Shown in pieces: positions 25,859 through 39,203 of a stretch of DNA of 64,000 nucleotides. Below the pieces are notes generated by a model, which worked only from the letters and a program-made list of their open reading frames with translations, searched no databases and was not told the DNA's origin. The position numbers and the translations under genes were made by a program. The stretch lies in the NCBI RefSeq assembly GCF_020745735.1, contig NC_083417.1, positions 75,950,001 through 76,014,000 of the forward strand, given 5' to 3'. Origin of the DNA: Hemiscyllium ocellatum (Eukaryota). Numbering within the stretch: position 1 is the stretch's first letter; every line of letters begins with the position of its first letter.

Positions 25859-26069
25859 TACTTCATCGTACCTTAGATCTTCTTTCCAATGAGCCAACCT
25901 ATTAAAGATGGTATAGTACAGAAAATGGCCCTTCAGCTCATCTGCCTGGTACAGCCAAAACTATGTGACATCTGAACTAGACCCATAACGTTGAATGTTA
26001 TGACACTCAAGTGTTCATCCTTGGACTTTTTAAAGGCTGTGAAGTTACCTGACTCACCTACCCTCCCAG

Positions 26070-26920
26070 GAGGGAGGGGGGAGATTACCCAACAGAACAA
26101 TATAGATGGATAGGTCAGTTCATCAGATCAAGGCAGGTGCAATTTAACCTTGATAACGGTCAGGTGATGCACCATTGAAGAAGAAACAAGACAAGGGAGT
26201 ACTTAATAAATGGCAGGGTACTAAAGAGCTCAGAGGAACAGCAAGATCTTGGGGTGCTCATCCAAATGTCCTTGAAGGAGGGAAGTCAGGTAAATAGGGA
26301 AGTTAAGAAGGCGTATGAAACACTTGGTTTTATCAGTTGAAGTGCAGACTGGAGGAGATTGGAGGTGATGTTGGGGCTGTGTGGAACTTCGATTAGGCCA
26401 CGGCTAGAGTACTGTGTGTAGCTTGGTCCCTCACTGCAGGATGCATGCGATTACCTTAGACGGAATGCAGAGAAGATTCACCAGGAAATTGCCTGGTGTG
26501 AGTGATTGAGCTATGAAGAGAGGTTGAATAAGTTTGGGATGTTTTCTTTCGAGTAGAGAAGGCTAAAAATAAACCTGGTGGCGGTTTATCTAATTATGAG
26601 AGATATGGACAGGGTGGATAGAAAGCAGTTCCCCTTAGCTGAAGGGTCAGTAACAATGGAACACACTTTTAAGTTGGAAGGTATGAGATTTAGAGGGACT
26701 GGAGGAAAATGTTTTCTCCCAGAGGATGGTGATAGTCTAGAATGCACTGCCTGGGAGGGTAGATGAGTCAGATAACTCAACATCCTTTAAAAAGTCCATG
26801 GATGAGCAATTGAGTGTGAGAACATTCAGGTTATGTGATCAGTGCAGATTTAACGCAGTTTTGACAGTACCAGGCGAATGAGCTGAAGGGACTCTTCTAT
26901 ACAGCATAATTTTACACTAT
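26070..26920 (+). mobile_element. CR1 3' fragment
   Basis: MRDMDRVDRK..EHTFKLEGMRFRG frame and CR1 tail. Confidence 0.8.
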
Positions 26921-26956
26921 CTTTAACAGGTTGGCTCAGTGGAAAGGACAGCTAAG

Positions 26957-27113
26957 TTTTCAATGCAAGTGTGATTTTAAAATTCTTATGATTTTAATGG
27001 CAATTCAACGTAACAAATCTTAAAGGTTTGCTAGCACACCTTTTACAGCTACAATAGAATGTGAAATATGTCAACTGGAGTAGTTCTTTGTTACCACCAT
27101 CTCCAAAGAACAG
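26957..27113. repeat. Right arm of the inverted repeat
   Basis: See 25722-25858; this arm carries a ~20-nt insertion. Confidence 0.8.
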
Positions 27114-28089
27114 TCAGTCCGTCATAGAAAAATTACAATATACAGGGAAGCCGTACATCCCTTTGTGACTGTGCACAGTCTCCCCAAAATTAATTTGACA
27201 AGTCCCATTTCCTTTCCTGTAGCCCTCCATTTATTTTCCCTTCAGAGAAATAAATAAGTCAAGTGAGAATCTGGCTTCACTGCAGCAGTCACTGTAAGGA
27301 AATGCCTTTTCCCATGTCATTCACTTCAAATCAGTGTTTTCTGGCGATTTACTCAGTTCAGATGCTTCATAATTTTTCTATCCAAACTCCACTCTTCCTT
27401 CTCAAAAGGTAACTGTCTGTGTTTATCCAAACTGTCCAGTCTGTCAGCGGAATGCATAAGTGAAATGAATAAGGAAGTATTACAGATAAGTGTCACACCT
27501 CGAGAAAGATTAAGCTATAACAGTGATTAGGCTGTTACTCCTTGATAGTAAACAGACAGGCAAAGGGACAACACAGCTCCGAATATAACTTATTTCACAG
27601 CAAGCTCAGTGGGAAATACTTTGTGAGAACAAGATCACTATTCCATTTGATCTTTGTAAATAAGAGATGAAGCACAAGTGAACAAATTATTAGATGCAAT
27701 ATTACTGAGGGAATTTATTTCTATTTAATTAAATAGATGTGGAATAAATATTGATGATCTTTGATCTGCTAATCTTCCTTGATCTCTCCCATGTGTGACT
27801 CCTGAAAGATAGTAATATAATTGACTTTTAAATGCCTCTGAAATGGACTAGCAAACCCCTCAAATTTATCAAACTCCTACAAGGTCCAAGGAAAGGAGTG
27901 AAACAGAACCAACTGACATCAAACTAGCACTGTAAATGACACTGGCAAACCTAGCACTGTTAACTCTGCTAAGTCCTCCTGACTAATATCTGAAGACTTG
28001 TGCCAAATTGGAAGAGGGCTTGTCGTATAACTTGAAATAGTCCTATTCATTTGAATTTTACCAGAAAGTCTATGATGCATACTTTTCCA

Positions 28090-28735
28090 TCTATTTATTT
28101 TTAATCATTTTTGCGTTGCTAGAACCCATCTGCATTGGAGAAGGTGAAGGTGAGCTGCCTTCTTGAACTGCTGCAGTTCTTGGTGAGTTGGGATGTCTAA
28201 GATGTTGTTACAAAGAAATTTCCAGGATTTTGACTCAGAGACATTGAAGGAATCATGGTGTAGATCCAAGTCAGGATGATGGGTGGCTTCGCTGGCAATT
28301 TGCATGTGATGGTATTCCTATTCTTTTGTTGCCCTTGACTTAAGTTTGGTTGATACTGCTGAGGGATTGTTGGTGAGTTACTTCACTGAATTTTGTAGAT
28401 GGCAATCACTATCATAGACATGTGACAGGAGTGAAAGGAGTCAATGTTGATGTTAGTGGATTGGATGGCACTGAGCGTCTTGCCTATTATTGGACTCTAT
28501 TGCACTCATCCAGACAAAGAGTGTGTATTCCATCACACCCTGACGTCTACATTGTAAAGATGGACAGGCACTGTGGAGACAGAAGGGGAATTACCCACTA
28601 CAGAATTTCCAGCTTCTGACCTGCTCTTGTAGACACAATATTTATAGTCCTGGTGCAGTTCACTTTCCGCTCTCTGGTAAGCTCAGGATGCTGATAGTGA
28701 GGGATACTGCAATGATAATATCATCTATTGTCAGT
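28090..28735 (-). mobile_element. Second LINE family (CR1/L2 superclade, clade unassigned), 3' end
   Basis: Minus strand ends QQFKKAAHLHLL, then the tail ..AATGATTAAAA; same tail family as 43190-43835. Confidence 0.65.
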
Positions 28736-29043
28736 GGGCGGCACGGTGGCACAGTGGTTCGCACTGCTGCCTCACAGCGCCTGAGACCCAGGTTCAATTC
28801 CCGACTCAGGCGACTGACTGTGTGGAGTTTGCACGTTCTCCCCGTGTCTGCGTGGGTTTCCTCCGGGTGCTCCGGTTTCCTCCCACAGTACAAAGATGCG
28901 CGGGTCAGGTGAATTGGCCGTGCTAAATTGCCCGTAGTGTTAGGTAAGGTGTAAATGTAGGGGTATGGGTGGGTTGCGCTTTGGTGTGGACTTGTTGGGC
29001 CGAAGGGCCTGTTTCCACACTGTAAGTAATCTAATCTAATCTA
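28736..29043 (+). mobile_element. HE1-type SINE, young full-length copy
   Basis: Nearly identical to 5387-5700; (TAATC)n tail. Confidence 0.92.
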
Positions 29044-29129
29044 GAGATATTCACTGTCGGTCATTTGTGTACCAAATGTGAATCAATATCCAGAATCAAC
29101 AGGGCGACAATAAAAAAAGTGAGAATGAG

Positions 29130-31830
29130 ACTGGGAACATTAAAAAGACTAGCCTTAAGGCATTGTGCCTAAATACAAGAAGCGTTCAAAATAGAATGAA
29201 TGAATTAATCACAGAACGGTGGGAATGGATATGATATTCTTAGGATTATGGAAATATGGCAGTAGGAAAGAAGGACAGACAAAGAGAAAAAGGTGTATGG
29301 AATTGATTACTGGTTAAAGAGAATATAAGCACAACACCAGGGAAATCTATTAGCTCAGACAATACAGAATCTGCGTGTGTAGAATTGAGAAGTACAAAGG
29401 GACAAAATGTATTAGTGCCGGTGACATATAGACCACTCAAACTGTAGTGACATTAGGAATGGCATTAAAGAGGAAATCCAAGATGCATTTGGAAAAGAAG
29501 TTCTGTAATTATGGCTTTAATCTATATATAGACTGAACAAATCAAATTTGAGACAAAATCTCAGAACAGGAAATCCTAGAATAGAGCAGATGGTTTGTGA
29601 ACCAATCCATTGATTAACCAGTTAGAGAACGGACCATCCTAGACTGGATATTATGCAATGAGAAAGGAGTAATTGGTGATGTCATTGTAAGTTACCCATT
29701 GGTGATGATGACCATAACATGATCCAATTCTCCCTCAAGATGGAGGGTGAGATAGTTGATTCTGAGAGTAGGGTAATGAATCTTAATAAAGAAACTATGA
29801 TGGCATAAGACATGAGTTGGCTATGACGGAATGGGAAACATTGCTGATAGAAATGATAGTGCAAAAGCATGGCAAACATTCAAAGAGTGAATGACTAAAT
29901 TACAAAAAGGTACTTATTCTTGTCTGACATAAGTGGCCAACTATAACTTACGAGTTACGTTAAAAATAGTATTAGATATAAAAAAAACATACAAATTGGC
30001 AACCTAAAAAAGAATCAACCTGTGGATTGGGAACAGATTAGAAGTCAACAAAGAAGAATCAGGGATTGATTAAAATGGGGAAAATAACAATATGAGAGTA
30101 AGGTTGCGGGGATCATAAGAACTCACTTAAAGGTTTCTATACAGGTTTGTAAAGAGAAATTAATGGTGAAAACTAAAACAGCCTTAGACTCTTCTCCCCT
30201 TAACAGTATGAAATGGGGAAATTTATAATAGAGAATAAATAAATGGCTGACAAACTAAATTCATGTTTTGTTTTTGTCTCCGTAAAGGAGAACATGGGTT
30301 ATGTACCAGAAATGATAGGGTACACATCGTTGAGTGAGAAGGGAGAAGTGAAACAAATCTGTATTGATAGTGTTGGAGAAACTAATGCGATTGAAGGCTG
30401 ATAATTTATGTCCCAGAATAATTCAGAAAGTGGCCCAGGCATTAGTGGAGGCATTGGTGGTCATCTTCCAAGATTCCTTTGACTCTGGAACAATTCCTTC
30501 TTGTAACCCCATAATATTAAAAGGGAGGTAGAAACAAAATTAGATCAGTGAGTCGGAGATCAGTCTCTGAGGAGATGCTAGAGTCCATTATCAAGGATTT
30601 TATCAAGCACTTAGAAAACAGAGACAATCAGCATGGATTTATGCAAAGCATTAGATTAGATTACTTACAGTGGCCCAACAAGTCCACACCGACCCGCCGA
30701 ATCGCAACCCACCCATACCCCTACATTTACCCTTTACCTAACTCTACGGGCAATTTAGCATGGCCAATTCACCTGACTGGCACATCTTTGGACTGTGGGA
30801 AGAAACCGGAGTACCCGGAGGAAACCCACGCAGACACGGGGAGAACGTGCAAACTCCACACAGTCAGTCGCCTGAGTCGGGAATTGAATGCGGGTCTCAG
30901 GCGCTGTGAGGCAGCAGTGCTAACCACTGTGCCACCGTGCCCCCAACATGTTTAAATCATGTTTAACAAATCTATTGGAATTATTTAATGATGAAACCAT
31001 ACATGATGAGGGAAGCCAATGGAAGTGGTTTATTTGGAATTGCAGGAGGCTTTTGACAAAGTCTCACATGAAAGATTAACGTATAAAATTGAAGTTTATG
31101 GGATTGGGTGTATTGTATTGACATGGATAGAAAATAGGTTAGCAGACAGGAAATGAAGAATATGAATAATAGATTTTTTTTCTGAATGGTAGGTAGTGAC
31201 TAGTGGGGTACTGAAGGGATCTTTACTCGGAACCAATAACTCATAATATATGTTAATTATGTAGATGAAAGGACTAAATGGAATGTATCAAAATTTGCAG
31301 ATGACACAAAGCTGAGTTAAAGGATGAGGTATGAGGATGCAGAGGTGTTGCAGTCTGAGTAAGTGAGCAAATGCATGGCAGCTGTATTATAACGTGTGTA
31401 TATGTGAAGTTAATCACTTTGACAGCAAAAGAGAATGGCAGTATCTGATTTGAAGAGCTGTAAATTGAGAGAGGGAACGTTCAATGAGACCGAGGTGTCC
31501 TTGTGTACGACTTGGGTAGGGGGGTTTAAATAGAAAGCTATAAAATTCTAACAGGACCAGACATAGTTAGTTGCTGAAAGGTTATTCCAAATGGTGGAAG
31601 AGTCCAGAACCAAGGCTCATGATTTAAAAATTATGGATAAACCTTTTCAGACTGAGTTGAGGAGAAATTTCTTCAGAGTCTGGTTGAGGCTCAAGCATTA
31701 TGTTTTCAAGAAAGAGATAGATATAGCTCTTGTGGATTAAGGGATATGATGGAAAGGCGGAATTAGTGTATTGGGGTCGATGATCAGCCATGGTTTTATG
31801 GAATGATGGAGCCAGCTTGAGAGGTTGAAG
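29130..31830 (+). mobile_element. Near-full-length but decayed CR1 ORF2, interrupted by a SINE
   Basis: Starts LKALCLNTRSVQNRMNEL (APE), has RT motifs AFDKV and SKFADDTKL, and a CR1 3' end; many stops. Confidence 0.85.
30651..30943 (-). mobile_element. HE1-type SINE inserted in the CR1 RT
   Basis: Young-subfamily sequence with a ~16-nt deletion near the tail; splits the QHGF..SCL codons of the LINE. Confidence 0.92.
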
Positions 31831-31869
31831 AATTTCTCCAACACCTATCTTGTGTATTTCTAAATGCTA

Positions 31870-32130
31870 CTTGTCACTTATCAACCCAAGCCTGGCTATT
31901 GTCCAGATCTTGCAGCATTTGACACAGCCTGCTTCAGCAACTGAGGTGTTGCAGATGGTGCTGAACACTGTGCAATCAAAATGAACTTTGCACTTCTGAC
32001 CTTATGATAGAGAAATCACCACTGATGAAGCAGCTGATGATAGTTGGGCTGAGGATACATGCCTGAGGAATTGCTGCATTGATGTCCTGGGCTGAGATTA
32101 TTGACCTCTAACAACAACCATCTTCCCACT
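31870..32130 (-). mobile_element. RT fragment of the second LINE family
   Basis: Minus strand resembles GIPQA.ILSPTIISCFISD..VFSTIC..QQDLDN. Confidence 0.55.
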
Positions 32131-32714
32131 GACAGGATACACACCGAGAGGTGATATACATTTGAGGGGGAGTGGACTTGCGAATTCTACACATTCAGTC
32201 TGGACCCTGTGAAGTTTCGTAACTTCACATCAAGGATGGCAAAGAAAACTCGTGCTTGTTCATATCAATTTCAAGCCATTAACCTTTTTAACTGTTCTTG
32301 AATATATGTTTTTAATGCAATGTTTTCTCTCTGGCAAACGCTATGTTTGTTGTTCCATCCCTGACTGACCATCCAAAGGTGATAACTATATATATTCAAA
32401 TCCTCTGTCTTTTTTGGATTATCTAGACATTTAGGGACCCTGGATTTCTTCATTCCTTTCTCCGTGTAAATGCCTCAGCCAGCCAGAATCAACAAAACAA
32501 CCAATATGTAATAATTTCTTCTCCAGTATAAATTATTCTCTTAAGCAGAAGTTTGACATTCATGGGCATCTTTTGATAAGAGCAAAATGAAAAGCTTTGG
32601 GAGTTTCTTTCTCTTGAGCAATAATTAAGAACTTTTGCAGACACCCAAAAATAAGCAATGTGGACAGTTCAGGAATTCATAATACTTCATATCATAACTA
32701 CCAATCAGGTGTCG

Positions 32715-33360
32715 GTTTGTAAATGTGATATTGCAATAAATAATATTCCAAAACGAGGGTGGGGGGCGAGGGTTGCTTCTTGGGCTGGAGACCTCTCACC
32801 AGCAGTGTTCCAAGGGATCAGTTCGGGGTCCTCGTTTAGCTGTCATTTATATAAATGATTTGGATGAGAATATAGAAGTCATATTTAGTGAGTTTGCAGA
32901 TGATACCAAAATTGATGGCATAGCAGACAGTGAAGATGGCTTTCTAAGTTACAAAGGGATCTTGATCAAATAGGACCATGGGTTGAAAAATGACAGATGG
33001 AGTTCAATCTGGATTTATGTTAAGTATTGCACTTCTTGCAACACATAACAATAGGGTTTATACAATTAATGTTAGGGTTTAGGGTAGTGCTGTAAAAACA
33101 GAGAGACCTAGGGATGCAAGTATATAACTCTTTGAAGTTTGGACCACATATAAATAGTTGGTTAAAAAGATATTTGGCACACGTGTCATGAGTACAGGAG
33201 TTGGGAAGTCATGTGAGATTGTAGAGGATATTGGCAAGGGCTCTTCTGGTATACTTTGACTAGTTCTGGTCACCCAGCTATTGGAAGGATATTATTAAGC
33301 ATCAGAAGGCTCAAGATTGATTTACCTGGATGTTACTGGGTATGGGAGGTGTTGGGGATG
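32715..33360 (+). mobile_element. CR1 RT fragment
   Basis: AVFQGISSG / LAVIYINDLDEN..EFADDTKIDG. Confidence 0.85.
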
Positions 33361-33864
33361 GGATAAATTGTGCAGTGGGTGACTGACTCATAACTATCCA
33401 ATTTAGAGGAACACTAAATCATGCCGCATAAACGTTGAGTTATTGACTTTATCTGTGAGCTCACGGGAAAAGACAAGTTGATCGAATGGTCACAAGTCAC
33501 TCCAACAAGACACAGAGAGTTGCATGATTATATTGGGTACAATCATTTGACAATTAGCAAACTATTAATTGCAGGATGAGGCATGTTTCATCACTTTGCC
33601 CAGTCACTAGCTTCAGTCACACAGTGTCTGGGCAGTGCAGGTTAGTAGCTGATCAGCAAGTGTTAGAATACAATAGGTTACTGTGAAAGAAGAACATTGC
33701 TATGCTGGGAAAGAGTCACTATTATATATCAGCACAGCTACAATGTCAACCATCTCACTGAGATAGGGAATGTTTGGGCTTAGCAAGCAGACACGCATTT
33801 AACATTCAAAATGGTTTCCAGGCTTTTAGTAATTGACAAAATGGCTACGACAGATCTAACAATT

Positions 33865-34290
33865 CTCCTACAGGAGGTTTGAGTTATAAAGAAAGGCTGG
33901 ATAGGCTGTGATCATTTTCAACAGAGTGTAGCAGACTGAGAGGTGATCTGATAGTAGTTTATAAAATAATGAGAGGTATAGATAGAGCCTTTTCCCTTGG
34001 ATGTGGGATTTCAAGATGAGGGGGCTCATTCTTAAGTTGAGAGAAGATTTTAAAAAGACATGAGAGGCAATTTTAGTTTTAAACACAGTGGGTGGTTCGA
34101 ATGTGGAATGACCAATTGGTGGGTGTGGGCAAAGTTACAAAATTTAAATAATGTTTGGATAAATACATGAATACGAAAATTTTGGAAGATATGTGCTAGA
34201 AGCAGGCAAGTTTAGTTTCGGATTATGTCAAGTATTAACTGGATGGACTCAAGGGTCTCTTTCCGTGCTGCATGACTCTACATGGATAAA
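33865..34290 (+). mobile_element. CR1 3' fragment
   Basis: TTGAGTTATAAAGAAAGGCTGGATAGGCTG.. through to the tail. Confidence 0.8.
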
Positions 34291-34382
34291 GTTTCGATAA
34301 TAAATTATTCAGTTCAATAGTACAGATGGTCAACTGTATTGCAGATGTAACTGAGATTTTCTATGTCCATCTAACCTCGGCG

Positions 34383-36866
34383 GAGAAAGTGAGGACTGCA
34401 GATGCTGGAGGTCAGAGGTGAAAATGTGTTGCTGGAAAAGCGCAGCAGGTCAGGCAGCATCAAAGGAGCAGGAGAATCGGCGTTTCGGGCATGAGCCCTT
34501 CTTCAGGAAGGAGGAAAGTGCGTCCAGCAGGCTAAGATAACAGGGAGGGTGGAGGTACTTGGGGAGGGGCGTTGGAAATGCGATAGATGGAAGGAAGTCA
34601 AGGTGAGGGTGATAGGCCGGAGTGACGGAGGGAGCGGAGAGGTCAGGAAGAAGATTGCAGGTTATGAAGGCGGTGCTGATTTCGAGGGATTTGACTGAGA
34701 CAAGGTGGGGGAAGGGGCAATGAGGAAACTGGAGAAATCTAAGTTTATCCCTTGTGGTTGGGCGGTTCCTAGGCAGAAAATGAGGCGCTCTTCCTCCAGC
34801 CTTCTTGTTGCTATGGTCTAGCGATGGAGGGGTCCAAGGACCTGCATGGCCTTGGTGGAGTGGGATGGGGACTTGAAGTGTTGAGCCAAGGGGTCGTTGC
34901 GTTGGTTGGTCTGGGTGTCCCAGAGGTGTTCCCAGAAACATTCTGTAAGTAGGTAGCCTGTCTCCCTATTTTAGAGGAGGCCACACTGGGGCAGCAGATG
35001 CAGTAAATGACATGTGAGGAGGTGCAGGGGAATTTCTGATGAATATCGAATGATCCCTTGGGGCCTTGGAGGGAAGTAAGGGGGGAGGGTGGGCGCAAGT
35101 TTGCATTTCTTCCGGTTGCAGGGGAAGGTGTCAGGAGTGGAGGTCGGGTTGGTGGGGGGTGTGGACCAGGCGACAGAGTCACAGAGGGAGTGGTCTTTTC
35201 AGAACGCTGATAGTGGAGGGGAGCGAAATATATATCACTGGTGGTGTGGTCCATTTGGAGGTGGCGGAAGTGACAATTTATTATACGATGTATATGTAGG
35301 TTGGTGGGGTGGTAGGTGAGGACCAGTGGGGTTCTGTCCTGGTGGCGATTGGAGGGGCGGGGCTCAAGGGCAGAGGAGCGGAAATTGGAGGAGATGCAGT
35401 GGAGGGCATTGTCGATCATGTCTGGGGGAAATTGCGGTCTTTAAAGAAGGAGGCCATCTGAGTTGTATGGTATTGGAACTGGTCCTCCTGGGAGCAGATG
35501 CAGTGGCGACGAAAGAATTGGGAGTATGGGATGGCGTTTTTACAGGGGGCAGGGTGGGAGGAGGTGTAGTCTCGTTAGCTGTGGGAGTCGGTCGGTTTAT
35601 AGTAAATGTCTGTGTTGATTCGGTCACCCGAGTTAGAAACAGAAAGGTCTAGGAAGGGGACGGAGGAGTCTGAGTGCGTCCAGGTAAATTTGAGGTCGGG
35701 TGGAAGGTGTTGGTAAAGTGGATGAGCTGTTCAACCTCCTCGTGGGAGAACGAGGCAGCGCTGATACAGTCATCGATGTAGCAGAGGAAAAGGTGGGAGA
35801 TGGACAGTTCCACATATCCTACAAAGAGGCAGGCATAACTGGAGCCCATGCGGGTGCCCATGGCTAATCATTTGGTTTGGAGGTAGTGGGAGGATTGGAA
35901 AGAGAAGCTGTTCAGGGTGAGTTCAGTCTGTCGAACGGGGGTATCATGGAAGGGTACTGGTTGGTTCAGTGGGAAAGTAAGAAGCGGAGGGCTTTGAGTC
36001 CTTCATGATTGGGGATGGAGGTGTTCAGGGACTCGATGTCCATGGTGCAGATAAGGCGTTGTGGAGCCGGGAAGCGAAAATCATGAAGGAGGTGGAGGGT
36101 GTGGGTGCTGTCCCGAACGTAGGTGGGGAGTTCTTCGACTAAGGGGGACAGGACCGTGTCGACGTATGCAGAGATGAGTTGGAGGTAGAAACGGGCGGTG
36201 CAGAGTTGTGTCCAGGTGGATGGGATGTGTTGGAGGCGGGAGAAGGGGTCGTCAGAAGGTGGGCGAGTACCCTGGTTGAAGAAGTAGGCGCAGAGAAGAA
36301 GGTGGCAGAAGAATTTCTCGATGTCTCAACGTGTGTTGAACTCGTTAATCCGAGAGCATGGGGGAATGAAGGGGAGGCCTCTGCTGAGGACTGATCTTTC
36401 ATCCTTAGAGAGGGGGAAGTCAGGAGGGAGGTAAAAACACGGCATGACTGGGAGCTAGGACGTGGTGTGGGGCTGGAGCTGGGAGTTGGGGCAGGGTTGG
36501 GCGTGGGGGCGGGGTCAGGCATGGTGACAGAGTTCAGCGCGGGGGCAGGCTTAGGCATGGTGATGGAGATCGGCATGGGGGTGGTGTTAGGCCTGGTGAT
36601 GGAGATCGGCGTGGGAGTGGAGATGCATGCAGCATGGTTGTTGTGCCAGTTACTGATGTCACTGAGGGCGGAAGTGGCTCCGGCGAGGGCAACCCAGTGG
36701 GCGGAAGTACATGAAAGTTTTTGGTATTTACTATCTTTAATTTCTGATATGGTTAGGAAGAACTGTTTGTTTAGTGTATGAATTCTGCTGTGGATGTAGA
36801 ACAGTAGCGGTCCTTTGCAGGTCTGTGAGAGTGTTGTCCTGAGATGGGGTAGGGCTCCGGACTCCA
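34383..36866 (-). mobile_element. Penelope-like retroelement (Pro-rich N-terminus, RT with deletions, GIY-YIG, terminal repeat), decayed
   Basis: Frames with GTRMGSSYACLFVGY, YIDDCI, FTCTSSHVIYCIC and PLVLTYHPTNL; terminal repeat at 34383-34510. Confidence 0.92.
34474..34509 (-). ncRNA. Minimal hammerhead-ribozyme-like motif in Penelope terminal repeat
   Basis: Minus strand TTC-CTGAAGA-A-GGGC TCAT GCCC-GAAA-C-GCC-GATTC; the cleavage triplet is GCC rather than GUC. Confidence 0.6.
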
Positions 36867-39203
36867 TTCAGACCAACAAAATTTGGACCTAACCAAGACA
36901 ACCAGTACCTAAAACAAATCCGAGGCCTCCAGCAACAGACCTCGCTCTGGATCCTCTGCTCCACGATTGCAGCCATGCCTAACCCCGCCCCCACGCCAAT
37001 CTTTGTCACCATGCCTAACCCCGCCCCCACGCCGATCTTTGTTGCCATGCCTAACCCCGCCCCCACGCTGATCTCAATCCCAGCCCCGAAGCTCAACCCC
37101 GCCCCACTCCCAGCTCCAGCTCCATACTAGGTCCTAGGTCCTAGCTCCCAGTCCTGCTGTGTTTTCACCATCCCTCCAGACCTCCACCTCTCTGAGGATG
37201 AAAGATCCGTCCTCAGCAGAGGCCTCACCTTCATTCCCCATTGCTCTCAGATTAACAAGCTCAACACGTGGCGTGACATCGAACAATTCTTTTGCCGCCT
37301 TCACCTCCACGCCTTCTTCTTCAACCAGGATTCTCGCCCACCCTCTGACGACCCTTTTCCCGCCTCCAACACACCCCATCCACCTGGACACGCCGTGCTG
37401 GCTTCTGACCTGCCCTCGATCTCTTCATAGCCAACTGCCGCCGTGACATTGGTCGCCTCAACCTGTCCACCCTTCTCACACACTCCAACCTCACCCTCGG
37501 AATGTGCAGCCCTCCATTCCCTCCGTTCCAACCCCAACCTCACTACCAAACCTGCAGACAAGGGAGGCACTGTAGTAGTTTGGCCCAACGACCTGTACAC
37601 CGCTGAGACTAAATACCAACTCGTGGACACCTCCTCCTACTGCCCCCCCTTGACCATGACCCCACCTCCCACCACCAAACCATCATTTCACAGATCATGC
37701 ATAACGTCATCACCTCAGAACATCTCCCATCCACCGCCTCCAAACTCATAGTCCCACAACCCCGCACCGCCCGTTTCTACCTCCAGCCCAAAATACACAA
37801 AGCAGACTGGCCCAGTCGACCCATTGTTTCAGCCTGCTCCTGCCCCACAGTACTCATCTCTGCATACCTCGACACGGTCCTGTCCCCCTTAGTCAAAGAA
37901 CTCCCCACCTACTTTTGGGACACCACCCACGCCCTATACCTCCTCCATGATTTTTGCTTTCCCTGTCCCCAACGCTTTATCTTCACCATGGACATCCAAT
38001 CCCTGCACACCTCCATGCCCCATCACGAAGGAGTCAAAGCCCTCCGCTTCTTCCTTTCCCGCCATACCAACCAGTACCCTTCCACTGACACCCTCCTTCG
38101 ACTGTCTGAACTGGTCCTCACCCTGAACAAATTCTCTTTCCATTCCTCCCACTTCCTCCAAACCAAAGGAGTAGCCTTGGGCACCCGCATGGGCCCCAGC
38201 TATGCCTGCCTCTTCGTTGGAACAGTCCATCTTCCGCAGCTACACCAGCACCACCTCCCACCTTTTCCTCAGCTACATCGATGCCGGTATCAGCACTGCC
38301 TTGTGCTCCCACGAGGAGGTTGTACAGTTCATCCACTTTCCCAACACCTTCCACCCAACCTCAAATTTAGCTGGACCCGCTCAGACGCCTCTCTCCCCTT
38401 CCTAGTCCTTTCAATTTCTTTCTCAGGCGAACGAATCAACATGGACATTTACTATAAACTGACAGACTCCCACAGCTAACGAGACTACACCTCCTCTCAC
38501 CCTGCCCCCTGTAAAAACGCCACCCCATACTCCCAATTCCTTTGTCTCCGCCGCATTTGCTCCCAGGAGGATCAGATCCAATTCCGTACTGCTCAGATGG
38601 CCTCCTTCTTTCAAACCACAATTTCCCCCCAGACATGATCGACAATACCCTCCACCGCGTCCCCTCCACTTCCCGCTCCTCTGTTCTTGAGCCGCGCCTC
38701 TCCAATCGTCACCAGGACAGAAGACCACTGGTCCTCACTTACCACCCCACCAACCTACATAATCACCGTATCATCAGTCGTCATTTCCGTCATCTCCAAA
38801 CAGACCCCACCACCAAAGATATATTTCCCTTCCCTCCCCATCAGCATTCCGAAAAGACCACTCCCTCTGTAACTCCCTCGTCAGGTCCACACCCCTCACC
38901 AACCCGACCTCCACTCCTGGCACCTTCCCCTTCAACCGCAAGAAATGCAAAACTTACGCCCACACCTCCCTCCTTACTTCCCTCCCAGGCCCCAAGGGAT
39001 CCTTACATATCTGCCACAAATTCACCTGCAGCTCCACACACGTCATTTACTGCATCTACTGCACCCGATGTGGCCTCCTCTATATTGGGGAAATAGGCCG
39101 CCTACTTGCGGACCATTTCAGGGAACACTTCTGGGACACACAGCCCAACCAACGCAACCACCCCTTGGCTCAACACTTCAACTCCCTCTCCCACTCCACC
39201 AAG
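36865..39203 (+). mobile_element. Penelope-like retroelement, second copy, head-to-head with the first, 3'-truncated
   Basis: ORF 37697-38479 (PRTARFYLQPKIHK..RPIVS..FTMDIQSLHT..KGVALGTRMGPSYACLFVG); GIY-YIG region at 38990-39200. Confidence 0.93.

Noticed and set aside
36139-36867. 242-aa Pro/Thr-rich mucin-like ORF
   Set aside because: Frame-mixed reading of the Penelope N-terminal Pro-rich repeats
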